Source: Octopus bimaculoides
Taxonomy: Eukaryota
Reading direction: 5' to 3'
DNA: 64,000 bases
Assembly (NCBI RefSeq): GCF_001194135.2
Contig: NC_068983.1
Span: 107,497,128-107,561,127 of the forward strand
Each line of letters opens with the position of its first letter. Position 1 is the first letter of the stretch. Position numbers and translations under genes: made by a program. Below the pieces are notes generated by a model. That model searched no databases, was not told the origin of the DNA, and was given only the letters and a program-made list of their open reading frames with translations. Below, in pieces: positions 25,572 through 38,849 of this stretch.

Positions 25572-26991
25572 TTTAAGGGGGAATGTTAATCCTACATTTT
25601 TTTTGGAACCCCTCAAAAGTTGTGGTTGGGTCCAAATATCACCTCAAAACCAAACTTTGCACAAATTGAATGCGATAATCCCCCTGTACATATTCCTATA
25701 TATTGATAACCCCACAAAATAGCTAAAAATCGCATTTTGAATGAAACTACATAAAAACTGTAACTTTGATTTACAAATAAGTATATTGATATAAAATAAG
25801 CTTATTCTAACTAAAAAAACTTTTGCAAGATGGTAGAAATCCAAGATGGCGGCCAAAATTCACTATTTAGATAGATGGATTTCACAGTATATCAGATAAG
25901 CAGCTTATTTTATGTCATTTCATATGTTTGCAAGGCCTAGAAGTCTTCTAATAAAAAGTCAGTCATTACTTATTTTGATGATGGATCTAAAAAATAGGGA
26001 GTTGGATCTTTCTCCATTCAAGGGTTGACCATTAATGGTCATTAAAGATCTCTATCCACTCTGTTTGTAGCATCAAAAGCAAGTAATAATTTGGCTGACT
26101 TGAAAGTGGCTCTACTTTCGTTACTAGAAGCAGCAAGTAATAACCTGGTTAAAATACTATTTGAAAAAATTGATCTTGTTATATCGGACCAAACATCACA
26201 CAATGTTGAGGTTGAAGAGATCTTAGCAGGAAATCTCAGTGCAGAACACATACTTGAACATCTGTTTTGCAATGTGCACCCTTCACTTATGTTCAATCGA
26301 GTAATAACTAAACAGTGGAGTGACATAAAAGAATGCAATTGGATGAGACAAAGTTTATTTGAGTTTTCTTGTAAATGCAACATCAAGATCATCCAGTGTA
26401 ACTGAACAGGCTCTTGATTGCATAACAAGATTAATTAGTCATGATTTTGATTACAAGTCATGGAGAAAAGCCAGTGAATTTGACAAGCACATTCAACCAT
26501 GGGTTAATAAATTTATTGCCTTGAAGAATGAACACTTTAACCATCTCACTTTGGCTTGTACAATAACTTTGTACCACCTGGATGATGTGGCACTGTATAT
26601 GACAAAATACGAGCATGTTATAAATCAAGTGGCTTTGTATTGTATGATGTTTCATAGGTCTGGAGTTCCTCAAAGTTTTGTATTGCACAGGAGTGCTGAT
26701 TGGCCTGCTTCTTGTTGAACCTTTCCTTTCACTCACTACTTCAACAAGCTCAACCTATTCAAAACTTGTATCTAGTTTCAAATACCTTTATGATGACCTT
26801 TCCACTGTGGGTCAAAACCGATGGCTAAATGTACATAGTCCTGCACTCACTTTTGTATCTTTTAGCAGATTCCAGGAAACAATGATATAATTTTTTTTAC
26901 GGTTGCGATTTTGGCAACCCCACTTCATTGTTTTGTGACTTCACCAAAAAGAAGCTTGAAAAAATTAAGATAACATCCCATCCACCCTATG
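25572..26991 (+). mobile_element. DNA transposon with a decayed DDE-like transposase fragment, superfamily unassigned
   Basis: Interrupts the R4 frame at FNW|SLE with TGGT on both sides; imperfect terminal and subterminal inverted repeats; coding remnant DDGSKK.GVGSFSIQGLTING...SDQTSHN...LFCNVHPSLMF...LDCITRLISHDFDYKSW. Confidence 0.65.
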
Positions 26992-28217
26992 TGGTCTCTA
27001 GAAGTAATCCACTCCATAGACATTAAAACCTGCAAGATTCTAACATTAATGGGAAATCTCCACAAAAATAATGATGTCAACAGATTCTACCTAAGAAGAG
27101 ATAAAGGAGGAAGGGACTTGAGTTCAGTGCAGACAGCCTTTGAATGTTGCATAGTCTCCATCAGACAGCACTTACTAAATAACAGCATCAAAAATAAATA
27201 CATTAACTTAGTGCTGAAAAGAGGAGGAAATAAGATCCTACTTGTTAGAAGTGAGCTCCTTAGGAAGTACTCTCTTCCTGATGCCAAATCAGCTAGACTA
27301 ACATACTTCAGACAAGATCTGGAGGGGAAATGCTCCACATACCAAAAAAGACCATGCATGGATGTTTCTCAAAGATTCGAAAAGAATAGTAACATTGACA
27401 TGAAGCAAAGCCTCTCTTGGACTTGTGCCCGCTACACCACATTACACTTCCAAAGTTATGCATTTGCAATCCAAGAACAAGAGATTGCTACTAAATACCT
27501 GATCAGCAAAAGAGACAGTAAAGCCCTTGAAGTTCTAAGATGCAACCATAACTATAGATTATGTCATATTTCAGCAGAAGACATCACACATGATTAGCAG
27601 CTATCCAAAAATGTCATCAAGGTACTACCTCCCAATGTGACATGATGTCAAAAAACAATATACGATGCCATTTCGAAAAAAGACTGCCCTAGAATAAATG
27701 TAGAGAATCTCCCTGCTATTGAATGCATACACAAATATACTGGTGCAACATTCCCATCAAAACATCTGTCAAGTGTAAATATAACAGGCTGGATATTATT
27801 GTTTGGAGCGAACAAGAAAAAGTTTGTATTGTCATAGAGGTGAACTGTCCTGCTGATGTGAATATCTCTTTGAAAATCAAAGTGAAAGAAGATAACTATG
27901 GTCAAATGCATTGAAACCTCCAGCTTTTATATCCAGATTACAAATTTACATTTATAACGGTTATAATTGAAATGCTTGGTTTTGTAAGTAAATGCCTGTT
28001 AGTCTGTATAAGCTTGGATTTTCAGAAAAAGAAAATCAACCAACTGATTCACACATTACAAATACAGAAAAAGTGGAACAGTAAAAGTATGCAAGGCTTT
28101 TCTCAGGTTTAAAATGTGACATCACTTTCATTATCTCCATTCCAAAGATGGAGCTTTGTATCTTTGTTATGAACCAGCTCCTTCTTCAGAGGAAAAATTT
28201 AAATGATTAAAAACAGA

Positions 28218-28248
<31 letters not shown>

Positions 28249-28254
28249 TACATA

Positions 28255-28945
28255 TGAGAAGCATTCAAAAAGTAATCTGACTTTTTTCCCTGCCAAAACT
28301 AATGCTGCATAGGCAAAATCCTTTGGATGGGAGGTGACGCCACCCTTTATGCACATGCATATAAATTTTTGCACCAGTAGGTTTGGTCAGTTTCTGGCTG
28401 TTGTGCCTAGAGTACTGATGTGTAGTACATGTTTGTCGAATTTATATTTTCACATGAGATAAACGAGCAGAAATATTGCATCAAGTTTTATCAAAATCTC
28501 GATGATACTCAAGCTCAAACCATCCAAAAGATTCAGCAGCTTTTTGGCAATGATGCCATGAGCAAAGCTTGGATCAAGGAGTGGTACGACTGCTTCAAAC
28601 ATGGCTCCATGTCAGTGGAAGGTGAGGCACATTCAAATAGGCCATCCAGAAGCCAAAGCAAGGTACCAATTGAGGAGGTTTAGTGAACAGTCATGAAACA
28701 GTACCATGTAACAAGGCTGAAAATTACTCACAAAGTAGGGAATAAGCACAAGAACAGTGCATTCCATTTTAATGGAGGATTTGTGCACGTGGAGAATCTC
28801 AGCAAAATTCATTCCCAGAGTATTGGCAGAGCATTAGAAGCAACTCTGCATGGAAATCGCTCAGGACATGCTGGACTGTGGAAACTATGACCTAAACTGC
28901 ATGATGACCATCATCAGTGGTCATGAGGCATGGACTTATGATCTC
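28255..28945 (+). mobile_element. Mariner 5' half remnant
   Basis: TA+TGAGAAGCATTCAAAAAGT TIR; EQKYCIKF...Q.FGNDAMSKA.IKEWY..FK.G..SVEGE.HS.RPS; ends near IISGHEAWTYD. Confidence 0.8.
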
Positions 28946-31170
28946 TGTTTGATGTATTTGGTTGTAGTGAGACTGTTGTCATAAATTGTTTTGGAAATTG
29001 GTTCATCCTGCATGTTCTGAAACTGGTCATGTAATGGTGTAATACTTGACTGAGTCTGTTTCTTGGATTGGTCTAGTTTTATGCAGGATACAGTTTTGTA
29101 TCCAATTGCATTGTGTGATAGACTAACCAATACAGCAAAATCAAATGCCTGTTGAGCTTCTTTCTATCAATAAATAGACAAATTTTTCCTGTTTTCGGCA
29201 ATGAGGTGAGAATTTTCAGAGAGAGGAGAGTTGCTTTCGAGGAAGCTATGTTATGTCATTTTGTTCCTGTTTTTGTAGCATATGTAACAAAATTCTGACT
29301 AAATTGAGAAGCCAACTATGTACGATTTCTATAGACAGTTATCTTCATCATCTATCCACCTGGTTCACTGTATTATTCTATTTAGAGGAGAAATAAAGTG
29401 TCACATTTTGTGAAAGCTAATTTTTTTGTATTTCTTTCCACCATTTTGTACACCATTCCTGAGAAACAAAAATTTGTAATGCAAGGGCCAGAGACACACT
29501 TCATACCAGCTAAACAGTCATCAACGAAAATTATCCACTTTGAGGAAAACCACTGGAGAGATATAATTGGGTAGAGATATGTAGGATTGTCAGGAATAAA
29601 AAGGGAAAAGACAGGAAGATTCCAATGTAGATCACCATAATTTTTATTCTTTTAAATGAAAGTAAGTTAATGATGACAGATGACAAATGCTAAACATATG
29701 TAAAGTTATGCAAAGTATTACAGAATGAGTTCTTCTTAAATGTTCAGCAAAGCACAACTTGACACAGAAAAAAAGAAATTGTAGTAGCTATAAGAATTAA
29801 ATGAAAATATTGTGTGAAATCAAATATGGAAGAGTTAATATGTTGTAATATTGTCATAGTTCAAATGTGCAACAAAATTGTGTGTGAAGAATTGTTTTAA
29901 ACAATAATTTAACATGATTGGTTATGTTTTGTGCAAATATGTGTATGAAAGTATTCTTTTCAGTATCAGACTGTGTGGAGAGTGAATGTTACACTGATAA
30001 TGTGTTTGTAACGTTATGCATGTGTATGAATGATAATGTGTTTATCATAATTGTGTGCATCAAAATGCCTTTGGAGAATCAAGATGTTAAATGATGTGGA
30101 TTAATTAAGCAAAGCAAAATCTCTTTCTGTGTATAAGAAAACCTTTTTTTTTTTTTGCAATGTACATGTGTATAAGAACACATTATTCTTATAGTATGTT
30201 AGTTTCTATAAAGAAAAAAATTGTCATAACATGGAGAACCAGAAAATTGAACATTATGGAGTAGTTATGCAAAGCTATAACTCTCTTCACCTGTGTAGTG
30301 AGGCAGTGTGAGAACATTATCTTTTTTTTTATGTTGTGAGGTGGTGTGGAGCCACCTCACAGTAACTGTGACAATCTCTGCTGAATGGCCAAAAACCAAA
30401 TCTTTATTATGTTAGAAAACTATAAATGATGTGTGGATGCACATGAACGACAATCATTGATTGATTAAAATCAGAGTAAAGGTCAGTTATTAATATGTGT
30501 TTTATGACCCTACCCAACTGCAGCTAAAGCAATGGTGGTGATGGCATGAAGTCTAATAATGTAAGGGATGGGAAAATCCCATTCAATGAAGTTGTGGCAT
30601 GAATCAAAGTTTTCTACATGACCAAAAAACAACTATACAATGGTAGTAATTAGTCCTCTACAATATCTGTGCAAATATACAGGCATGTATGTATGTTCTT
30701 TTTCTCTCTTTAATTAGGAATTAATTTTGACTGGCTGCTTGCTTTAAGCAATGTTGTAAAGAAAAGCATCTTGTTTTGTTCATCATTTTTTAATTCAGAA
30801 GCAAGTCTTGTGAATTATTCTAGATATCATGATCATTTGGAGAGTATGAATTTAGGAGTTCCATTCTCTCCCCAGGAACCCAAGTTCAGCCATACTTTGC
30901 TCTAGGCAGGTTGGTATGCATCATATTGCTCCAATAATAATAGATATAAAACTTAAAGTGTATCTTGTGTACTGGATTTGCAAACTCCATAAATGTTTCC
31001 TTTCTTCAGTATTTTTCTGACTACATTAGTGTCCAAAAGGCAGCTGACTTCTACAATGCATATTTTTTTCTCATTGTCTTGCACAACATAATCTAACTGA
31101 TTATAATTTAACTTATTGATTGTTTTAATTTTTAAGTTACACTAATATTTTTTGCTCATCAGGCTCAGTA

Positions 31171-31368
31171 TTTTTTATTCTTTTATTCTTTTACTTGTTT
31201 CAGTAATTTGACTGTGGCCTTTAGCCAAACAAATCAAACCTCAGGACTTATTCTTTGCAAGCCTAATATTTATTCTATCAGTCTCTTTTGCCAAACTGCT
31301 AAGTTACCAGGACGTAAACACATCAACAATGGTTGTCAAGCAATGGTGGGGGACAACACAGACACACA

Positions 31369-31424
<56 letters not shown>

Positions 31425-31505
31425 GGGCTTCTTTCAGTTTCTGTCTACCAAATCCACTCACAAGACTTTGGTCAGCCCAAGGCTATAGTAGAAAACACTT
31501 GCCCA
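31171..31505 (-). mobile_element. SINE family A, 5'-truncated
   Basis: Reverse complement of tail, body and core, with internal (CA)n. Confidence 0.85.
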
Positions 31506-32400
31506 TGTATAGTCAACTTTGTTTGTAATTTCCTTTTTCTTATTCTGTTGAAGACATTTCTGGCCACCACATCATACCTCATGGGAAGATAATATCTGGA
31601 TGACATTGACTTGCATTTATCATTCAATTCATTGATTGCTTTTATTATAGTTTTGCACAGCCAACATTTATTGTCTGTCAATGTTTTCTGTCTTTTATAT
31701 TACAATTACTTGATGAGGATTTTGCCTTAAATTGCATGGTGGTATCCTTCAAATTAGGATGTCACAAACTTATCAGTACTCTCTGATAACATTTTCATAT
31801 GGTTTATTCCCTCTATGGCTTGCGTCTCTTATGGAGGGGATCCATGCACTACTTTTTCAGTGAATTGGCCCATTTTAAAATTTTGTTCTTCTGATATATA
31901 GAATTTACCAATGCTTTTTGGGAACAGAACTGCAGCAGTTCTTATTTTATGTCCCTCTTCCAGTTTATTATCTATCCTGGTGTTGTTTTCATGCTTGCAA
32001 ACTTGAGCAAGATAGTTATTGACCTCCTCCTTCTGCTGCAGATGTTGTTTCACTATCACAATACATACTTCATATGATGTCCATACATATTTAATACCAT
32101 GACTACCAGCATTGCATAGGAAGTATAGCCTATCTACCTCTCCACTGATGCTGAAGTTTTCTGTAACACTGAGCAGCTTGCAAGTTCATATATCTATCTC
32201 ACTGGGATCTTGCAGTGATGAGTTAAGAAAGCCATATGTGGGCATGGAACAGATACCGGGAAAGTGTTGTGAGTGACATGCTTGTTGTAAGCTAAGAATT
32301 CAGAAAACCAAACACTCTTGAGGTACTCATTTCTTGTCCTCTCCTTATTGATGGGTCCCTCATAACTAACACTCTCCTCTGGTCCAGTCCAAGATACTCA
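31506..32400 (-). mobile_element. R4/Dong-like retrotransposon fragment
   Basis: Minus strand EIDI*TCKLLSVTENFSISGEVDRLYF and KCWLCK...CKSMSSRYYLPMRYDVVARNVF. Confidence 0.75.
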
Positions 32401-33014
32401 TAACTTTCCAGAGTGTACATGTGTGTTTTGTGTGTGTGTGCACATGCGCGCACGTGCTTGTGTATGTATGTATGCTTTTTCTTTGAGTACTATCTAAGTT
32501 CCTTAAAAGAGTTCAAGCCAGTTGCTAACAAAATCACAAGACATTTTTGAGTTAACAGTTCCTAATGTTTGCAAATATATGCTTGAGTTAGTGTGTTAGA
32601 TGAGATGTTGATGCACACTCTTAGATGTGTGTATCTATTTGTCTAAAGAATCTCAAATGAAGAATCTTTTTTATGACTTCATAGATTAGATTTAGAGAAT
32701 CTACATCAATTTCTTTTGCTCTTTCTTTGGAAATAGTATTTCTAGGTTTTTGTGTCAATTTGTATGTATGCAAGCTATTTCTACATTGAACAATGTGTCC
32801 TTGTTTTCTTTTTATAGATGTGATAAATGGAGATTCAGCTGCTATTTCTAACATGTAGAGTCTTGAGTATCTTATGGTTCTCAGGGTATAAGACACACCC
32901 TTATTACTCCTGCATTGCTGATACAAATCTCACAGGTTTAATAGTTAATATTAAACCTTTTCTAATGTGTGTTCATGAGTGGCTGTGGCATGTGAACTAA
33001 TGGAACCCATAGAA

Positions 33015-33220
33015 ATTCTATTCTTTTATTTCATTATTTTATCTGTTTCAGTTATCTAACTGAAGCCATGCTGAAGCACCTGAGGCTATAGTAGAAGTCA
33101 CTTGCCTAAGGTGCCACATAGTGGGACTGAACCTGGAATCATGTGGCTGGGAAACAAGCTTCTTACCACACACCATGGTGACCTGACAGAATTCTTACCA
33201 CACAGCCACACCTGCACCTA
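33015..33220 (-). mobile_element. SINE family A, internally deleted
   Basis: Tail and head present; body missing. Confidence 0.7.
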
Positions 33221-33489
33221 TGTTTCATATTTTTTTTTCTGTTTTGATGCATAAATTTATGGATCTCCATAGCATTGTTTCATTTTGTTAAAGATTTTGT
33301 TTATAGCTTCAGTTTCATTCCCTAATTAAGAGTGTTTTAAAGTGTACCACTCCAACGTATGAACATTATGACAAGTTCAATGATAGAGAAAACTGTATTG
33401 GTTATGTAATTTCAAGATAATATTTTTCTGTTAATATTAAAATTTAATAATTACTTTCAGAGGAACAATGTTTCAAATCTAGAGAGGGG

Positions 33490-33870
33490 CATACTTGATT
33501 CTGTCAATCTGAGTCCAGTACTGAGATTGATATAACACAAAAAGGATGAAAGGCAAATTTTAGGTTTGGCAAGATTTTAACTCAGAATGTAAAGATTTGT
33601 AACTTAAATATTGCAAGGCATTTTTTATATTCACTCTACAGATTCTGCCATCTACTGTCTTTGCGATGGTTCCAGCAATTTTAAGGGAAGAGGGACAATC
33701 GATTATATCAACTTCAGTACTTGAAAGATATTGTATTCTATCAAATCTGAAAGAATGAAAGCAAAGTTAACCTCAGTGGGAATTGAACTCAGAATGTAAA
33801 GAGTCAGAAGAAATGCCGCTAAGCATTTTGTCCAATGTGCTAACATTTCTGACAAATCAACACCTTATCC
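33490..33870 (-). mobile_element. Two adjacent degenerate SINE family B copies
   Basis: Two GATGAAAGGCAAA/GAATGAAAGCAAAG...AACTCAGAATGTAAAG blocks. Confidence 0.65.
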
Positions 33871-36199
33871 ACTGCCATTATAAAAGAGGCACTTTTGGTA
33901 TATTTTTGTCATGTTGTTGCAAAGACATGGTATTTTATTTTGCATTATTAATCAAAGTCTAAGTTTACTGGGTGTGTCTGTGCTGTATTGATGTACACTT
34001 TGGACTATGTAGGAAGTGTTTGCCTACTGAAATATAATTACTAATCTGTCACTTTATTTATCTATTTATTTTTTTGCTTGACTTGGATATTGCATTACTG
34101 ACATTTTGAGAAAATGTGGTATTTACCTAAAATTTATCAGGAAGTTAAACTGAAATACAGTCAATAGCAGATTGAGTTGCAAATGGAAGTAGCAGTCCAT
34201 ATTACTTGTTCAATGCATAAAGTAACTGGTTGGCATTCTAAAATTTATTCTTGTTCATGTGGTTCCCATTTCAAGGAAGATAAAGAATTTTTACATGATA
34301 TTTTCTACTGTTATGGTTTTATTAAAGTTGGATAGAACAGAGAAACTTAAATGTCAAAACGCATTGTTATATTATCTTAATTATGCCATGACAGCTTTCT
34401 TCTGAGAAGAAACACAAAATGTTATCATATAAAGACTATGCCAAGTATGACCTGTTAAATAGATTAAGCATTACTTGTATTGTATTAAATAGATTAAACA
34501 TTATTTGTATTGTTAGTAGTTACATAAATGTCCATGTTTCTGAACTTTCATTGTTAAAGCATGTAATATCTTTTATACTGTATAAACATTGAAGCATATG
34601 TTGCTTAAAGGATGCTTTTGTGTCTTTGTTATCCCTTCGTGTTGTTGCAAAGAAAAATGTGAAAGTAATGTCTAATTTTCTCACTGCAAAAATAACTTAG
34701 AGCACTGTGATGCTATTTATATGAATTATAGTTGACTTCATCATTTAACCCCAAGATCACCTCTTGTTGAGCAAACCTATAATCAAAGGTGTTCCAGTTG
34801 TGCCCGCTCCATATTTTTTTACACAGTATATCTAGCACTACATTATCTAATGTGTTCTTTCTGTAAAATTGGCCAAATGTGATTTGAAAGAGACTTGGCA
34901 ACTTTCTTGTAGGACAACATGACAACCACAGAGAGATTCCTTAGTTAGCTCAGTCTGGTTTAATTGGCATTGTTGTTTATTCCCAGAGCTATACTCATGA
35001 AGTTGACCTATGATCAGAGATATTTCAGCCATGACCATCCCATCATTTTACGAGTAAGTCTCTGACTATATGTATTATCCAATATGTCCTCTCTCAAGAC
35101 AATAAGAACTGACTTGTGGTTCTAGCAGGCTGAATGGTTACTTAGAGACATCTCCATACTCAACTATAAACATAGGCCTTAGCCTGCAGTGAGGAATGCA
35201 ATCCTTTTTTCAGCAGACAAAAAAAAAAAAAGAAAATCACCCATACACAGTTTCCTAGAAAATTCTGTGGATGTTTCGTCTACAAGGTTATCAGTCGCTA
35301 TCTTCAATTCCATGAATGACATTTAACTGTTTTACTAATATTCATGCTATTTATAGTTATATTTCATTTTACAAATAATCAACTGTTTGTATCTTGACAT
35401 TAAGCAAACAAAACAGACATTTTGTTTGCTAAATTTATTTATCCTATAATTGTCAGTACACATATAGGAAGGATAACATAATGATACAAATAAAATTATC
35501 TCATTTCAAAGTTATGTAAAATTACTATAGCTGTTCTGGCTGATAATATTCCCATTCAGAAGAGTTGAAGGAAAATATTACTTTCATCAAACTTAGTGAT
35601 TAATTTTGCAAAACTTTTTTATTTTTCTCACTTGGGATTTTTGCATTGAAGGTGTAATTATTTATGATTAGACAGGAAGAATCAAACAAACAGGAAGAAT
35701 CAAACAAATCTAGATAAAACAAAATCCTAGAAAAAAAATGAAGTTACAACATAGGGACACTGTTACATTTCTCTATATACACACACACACACATGCGCAT
35801 GCCCTCACGCACACATAAGTGTATACTATAAGAATGTAAATAGAGTATACAATTAAATTGAAAACATATTCAAGGAATAAATGATTTTGCAAAGATCTTG
35901 ATAGAGGAAAATCACTTTAGCGAATTTTATATGTTGAATTCATTGCAAACATTAGTTAATTACAGAGACTGTTCCTGTCATCTCATATCGAACATTCACA
36001 TACAGATTTGTGTTCGTAACTTATGACAGATATATGTTTCTGCAAGCAAGAATACCTATATTTATGGCTAGAATTGGATTTCAAGCTTCTTCAGGTGATA
36101 GTCAGGAATGACAAACAAAATTACTATTGCATTTATACAAGCCAGTTTGCGTCAGTAGGTGATCTCTAGTGCACAAAGAAAACTTGTGAATTATTCTTT

Positions 36200-36430
36200 T
36201 GGTCAGTCTGTGTAATGTAAAATGCACTCATGCTGATACCATATAAGAGCACCTATGCCAGTGCTGTGTAAAAGCACCCAGTGCACTCTGTAAAATGGTT
36301 GGCATTAGAAAGGACATGCAGCCATAGAAACTATGTCAAAATAGAGATGAATCTTGGCAGCTCTTCAACTGGCTAGCTCATGTCAAACTGTCCAACCCAT
36401 ACCAGCATGTAAAACGAACGTTAAAAAAGA
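36200..36430 (+). mobile_element. RTE 3' UTR fragment
   Basis: GTAAAAGCACCCAG...GGTTGGCATTAGAAAGG...CCAACCCATACCAGCATG...GAACGTTAAA. Confidence 0.7.
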
Positions 36431-36960
36431 TAAAGTAAAAGTTAATCAATGTGTTGCTATAACCTAAATTAGAATTTTATTGTAAATTCTATTCACATTT
36501 TTATAGTTTAATAATCATTATGATAGGTGGCAATTTTAATTCAAATTTTGATTTATTTCTGTAATTTTATTTATATTTAGTCTGACTGCAAGCTTAATTT
36601 GAAACTTTTCACAGCCTATTGTGGATTACCAACATACATGGGTAGGCCTATATAAACATAGTAGAAATGTTGTTTTTTTTTCACATTCTTTTATAGTTAT
36701 GCCCCACAAAATCTTCAAATCCAATTTTCCTCCAAAATTGGTTTTCTTGCAGAAACAGAAACAGATAGGAAGTAACAAATTTATCATCTCATATTGAATG
36801 TCCATATTTAGTAAGACATGATGAGAACAATCTTAAAAATTAACTGTTAACCTCTTGAGTGATTTTGATCTATTGCAATCTTTGCTAAGACAGTTATTTT
36901 TTTGATATGCTTTCATTTCAATTATATATTCTAGTCACATTTTTATTGTTTAATAATTGC

Positions 36961-38045
36961 AGGCACAGGGATGGCTGTGTGGTAAGAAGTTTGCTTCCCA
37001 GCCACATGGCTCTGGGTTCAGTCCCACTGTGTAGCACCTTGGGCAAGTGTCTTCTTCTATAGCTTTGGGCTGACCAAATCCTTGTGAGTGGATTTGGTAG
37101 GCAGAAACTAAAAGAAGCTTGTCATATATATATATGACCGAGACCTTTGGAAATATGCTGTGCGTGAGAAGACTCGGCAAGACAAGTGACACCATAACCC
37201 GTGGCCTTTACCAGGGGTGTAGCAAGCCCACTTATGCGTACCTTTCCTTCTTGGACACAAAACACTGCTTGCGAAGACCTGTTGAGGCAAGTGAAATCGA
37301 AATTGAACCAAATTCGATGACTGGCACCTGTGCCAGTGGAGCGCTAAGAGCACTGTCCGAACGGGATCACTGCCAGAGCAGCTGTCTGGCTTCCGTGCTG
37401 CTGGCATGTAAAAAGCACCATTTGAGCGTGATCATTACCAGTGCTGCGTTACTGGTACTTGTGCCAGTGGCATGCGAACAAAACATTTGAGTGAGATCAT
37501 TGCCAGTGCCACTGGACTGACTCCTGTGCAGGTGACATGTAAAAAAGACCATTTGAGCATGGCTGTTGCAAGTACCGCCACACTGGCCCTCTTGCCCTGG
37601 CAACTAAAAGCACCCACTACATTTTCGGAGTGGTTGGCGTTAGGAAGGGCGTCCAGCTGTAGAAACTCTGCCAGATCAGATTGGAGCCCAGTGCAGCCAT
37701 CTGGTTCACCAGTCCTCAATCAAATTGTCCAACCAATGCTAGCATGGAAAGCGGACATTAAACAATGATGATGATGATGATATAGAAATATACATAAGCA
37801 TGCATTATACATGCTTGTGTGTGTGTCTTTGTATCTGTGCTTGTCTACACCGCACTGCTTGAGAACTGGTGTTGGTGTGTTTACATCCACATAACTTAAT
37901 GGTTTGGCAGAAAAGACTGATAGAATAAACACCAAGCTTATAAATAATAAAATAAAGTACTGGAGTAAATTTATTTGACTAAAACTCTGCAAGGTAGTAC
38001 CCCAACATGGTCACAATCTAATGACTGAAACATGTAAAAAAATAA
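36961..38045 (+). mobile_element. SINE family A split by an RTE insertion
   Basis: Head and core at 36961-37134; 3' body resumes at about 37782-38045. Confidence 0.8.
37135..37781 (+). mobile_element. 5'-truncated RTE LINE, little decayed
   Basis: DRDLWKYAVREKTRQDK* followed by a CpG-rich 3' UTR with repeated GTAAAAAGCACC blocks and a (GAT)n tail. Confidence 0.85.
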
Positions 38046-38319
38046 AAATGCTGTTTGATTTCATTTTGTAATTTGATATTAATATTTTCATAACTTATAT
38101 AATCTCACCTATACCATTTAGATAATATTATCTCCCATTCTCGTTATTGTCACCACCCTCTCTCTGTTATAACCCTGAACTGCTATTTAAGTTCTTTTTC
38201 TTTAATATGTACCCTTAGTTTCATCTTAGTTTCATTCCCATTTCAAACCCTAATGAAATAAAGCTGACATAAAATAAAATCTAATAGAATGAACAACAGG
38301 GAGATACATGTATACTTTT

Positions 38320-38462
38320 CTACTCTAGGAACAAGGCTCAAATTTTTTGGATTTTGGAGAGGTGGGTGGGCAGTCGATTAGATCAACCCCGGCAACTGGT
38401 ACTTAATTTATCGACCCTGAAGGGATGAAAGGCAAAGTTGACCTCGGTGGAATTTGAACTTA
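38320..38462 (-). mobile_element. SINE family B, partial
   Basis: TTTTCTACTCTAGG...GGTACTTAATTTATCGACCCTGAAGGGATGAAAGGCAAAGTTGACCTCGGTGGAATTTGAACT. Confidence 0.8.
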
Positions 38463-38731
38463 GGGAGACACATATATAGTTAACTCAAACATTATCTTAC
38501 AGGTCGATAATGAACTAGACTGCTTAGCTGTTTTCTCTCTCCCACCCCTAACATGCTCACTAAAAGCCCTGTAAGCTATAAAGCTTTTCAATGCCCTACC
38601 CACTAACTAAATGTTTAATGTCATCCTAGCTTCACTTAGTTCTTTCATTCTAAGCCAGTCTCAGCTGGAATCAGGTTTGGCTTGCCCACTGTAATAAAGT
38701 GTTGTTCTTATATTGTTTGAAATGTTATGTA

Positions 38732-38816
38732 TCATCTGAAGAAGGCAGTTTTTTTAGTTACGATGTAATGTACTCATTAATCTACTAAAGAAATCTGTTG
38801 GAAACAGCTGTAATGA
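38732..38816 (+). ncRNA. Type I minimal hammerhead ribozyme-like motif (Penelope-type), degenerate
   Basis: TCAT-CTGAAGA-A-GGCAG...CTGTT-G-GAAA-CAGCTG-TA-ATGA: stem I TCAT/ATGA, palindromic stem III, GUA cleavage triplet. Confidence 0.6.
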
Positions 38817-38849
38817 AGTGACACGTATCCATTGTTTGTTATTTATTTT

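Larger units (their letters stand above)
21900..28215 (+). mobile_element. Near full-length decayed R4/Dong-like RLE non-LTR retrotransposon with three nested insertions
   Basis: Ordered motifs: N-terminal WT..L.KDI..YYEKS..DPSIRYMK; WSINTLMYTAAI; PRWKTKLEENI; RT motifs NYSPIAGLN, LDYRKAFNSVP, FQGDSLS, FFVDDFKIY, YLGIDEN; DVNRFYLRRDKGGRDL; RLCH..EDITH; NRLDIIVW..IEVNCPAD; C-terminal VKVCKAFL. Multiple stops and frameshifts. Confidence 0.85.

Noticed and set aside
28140-28195. Minus-strand CTGAAGA...GGAGC/GCTCC hammerhead-like start in the R4 3' UTR
   Set aside because: No GAAA directly after stem II and no stem III or UH.
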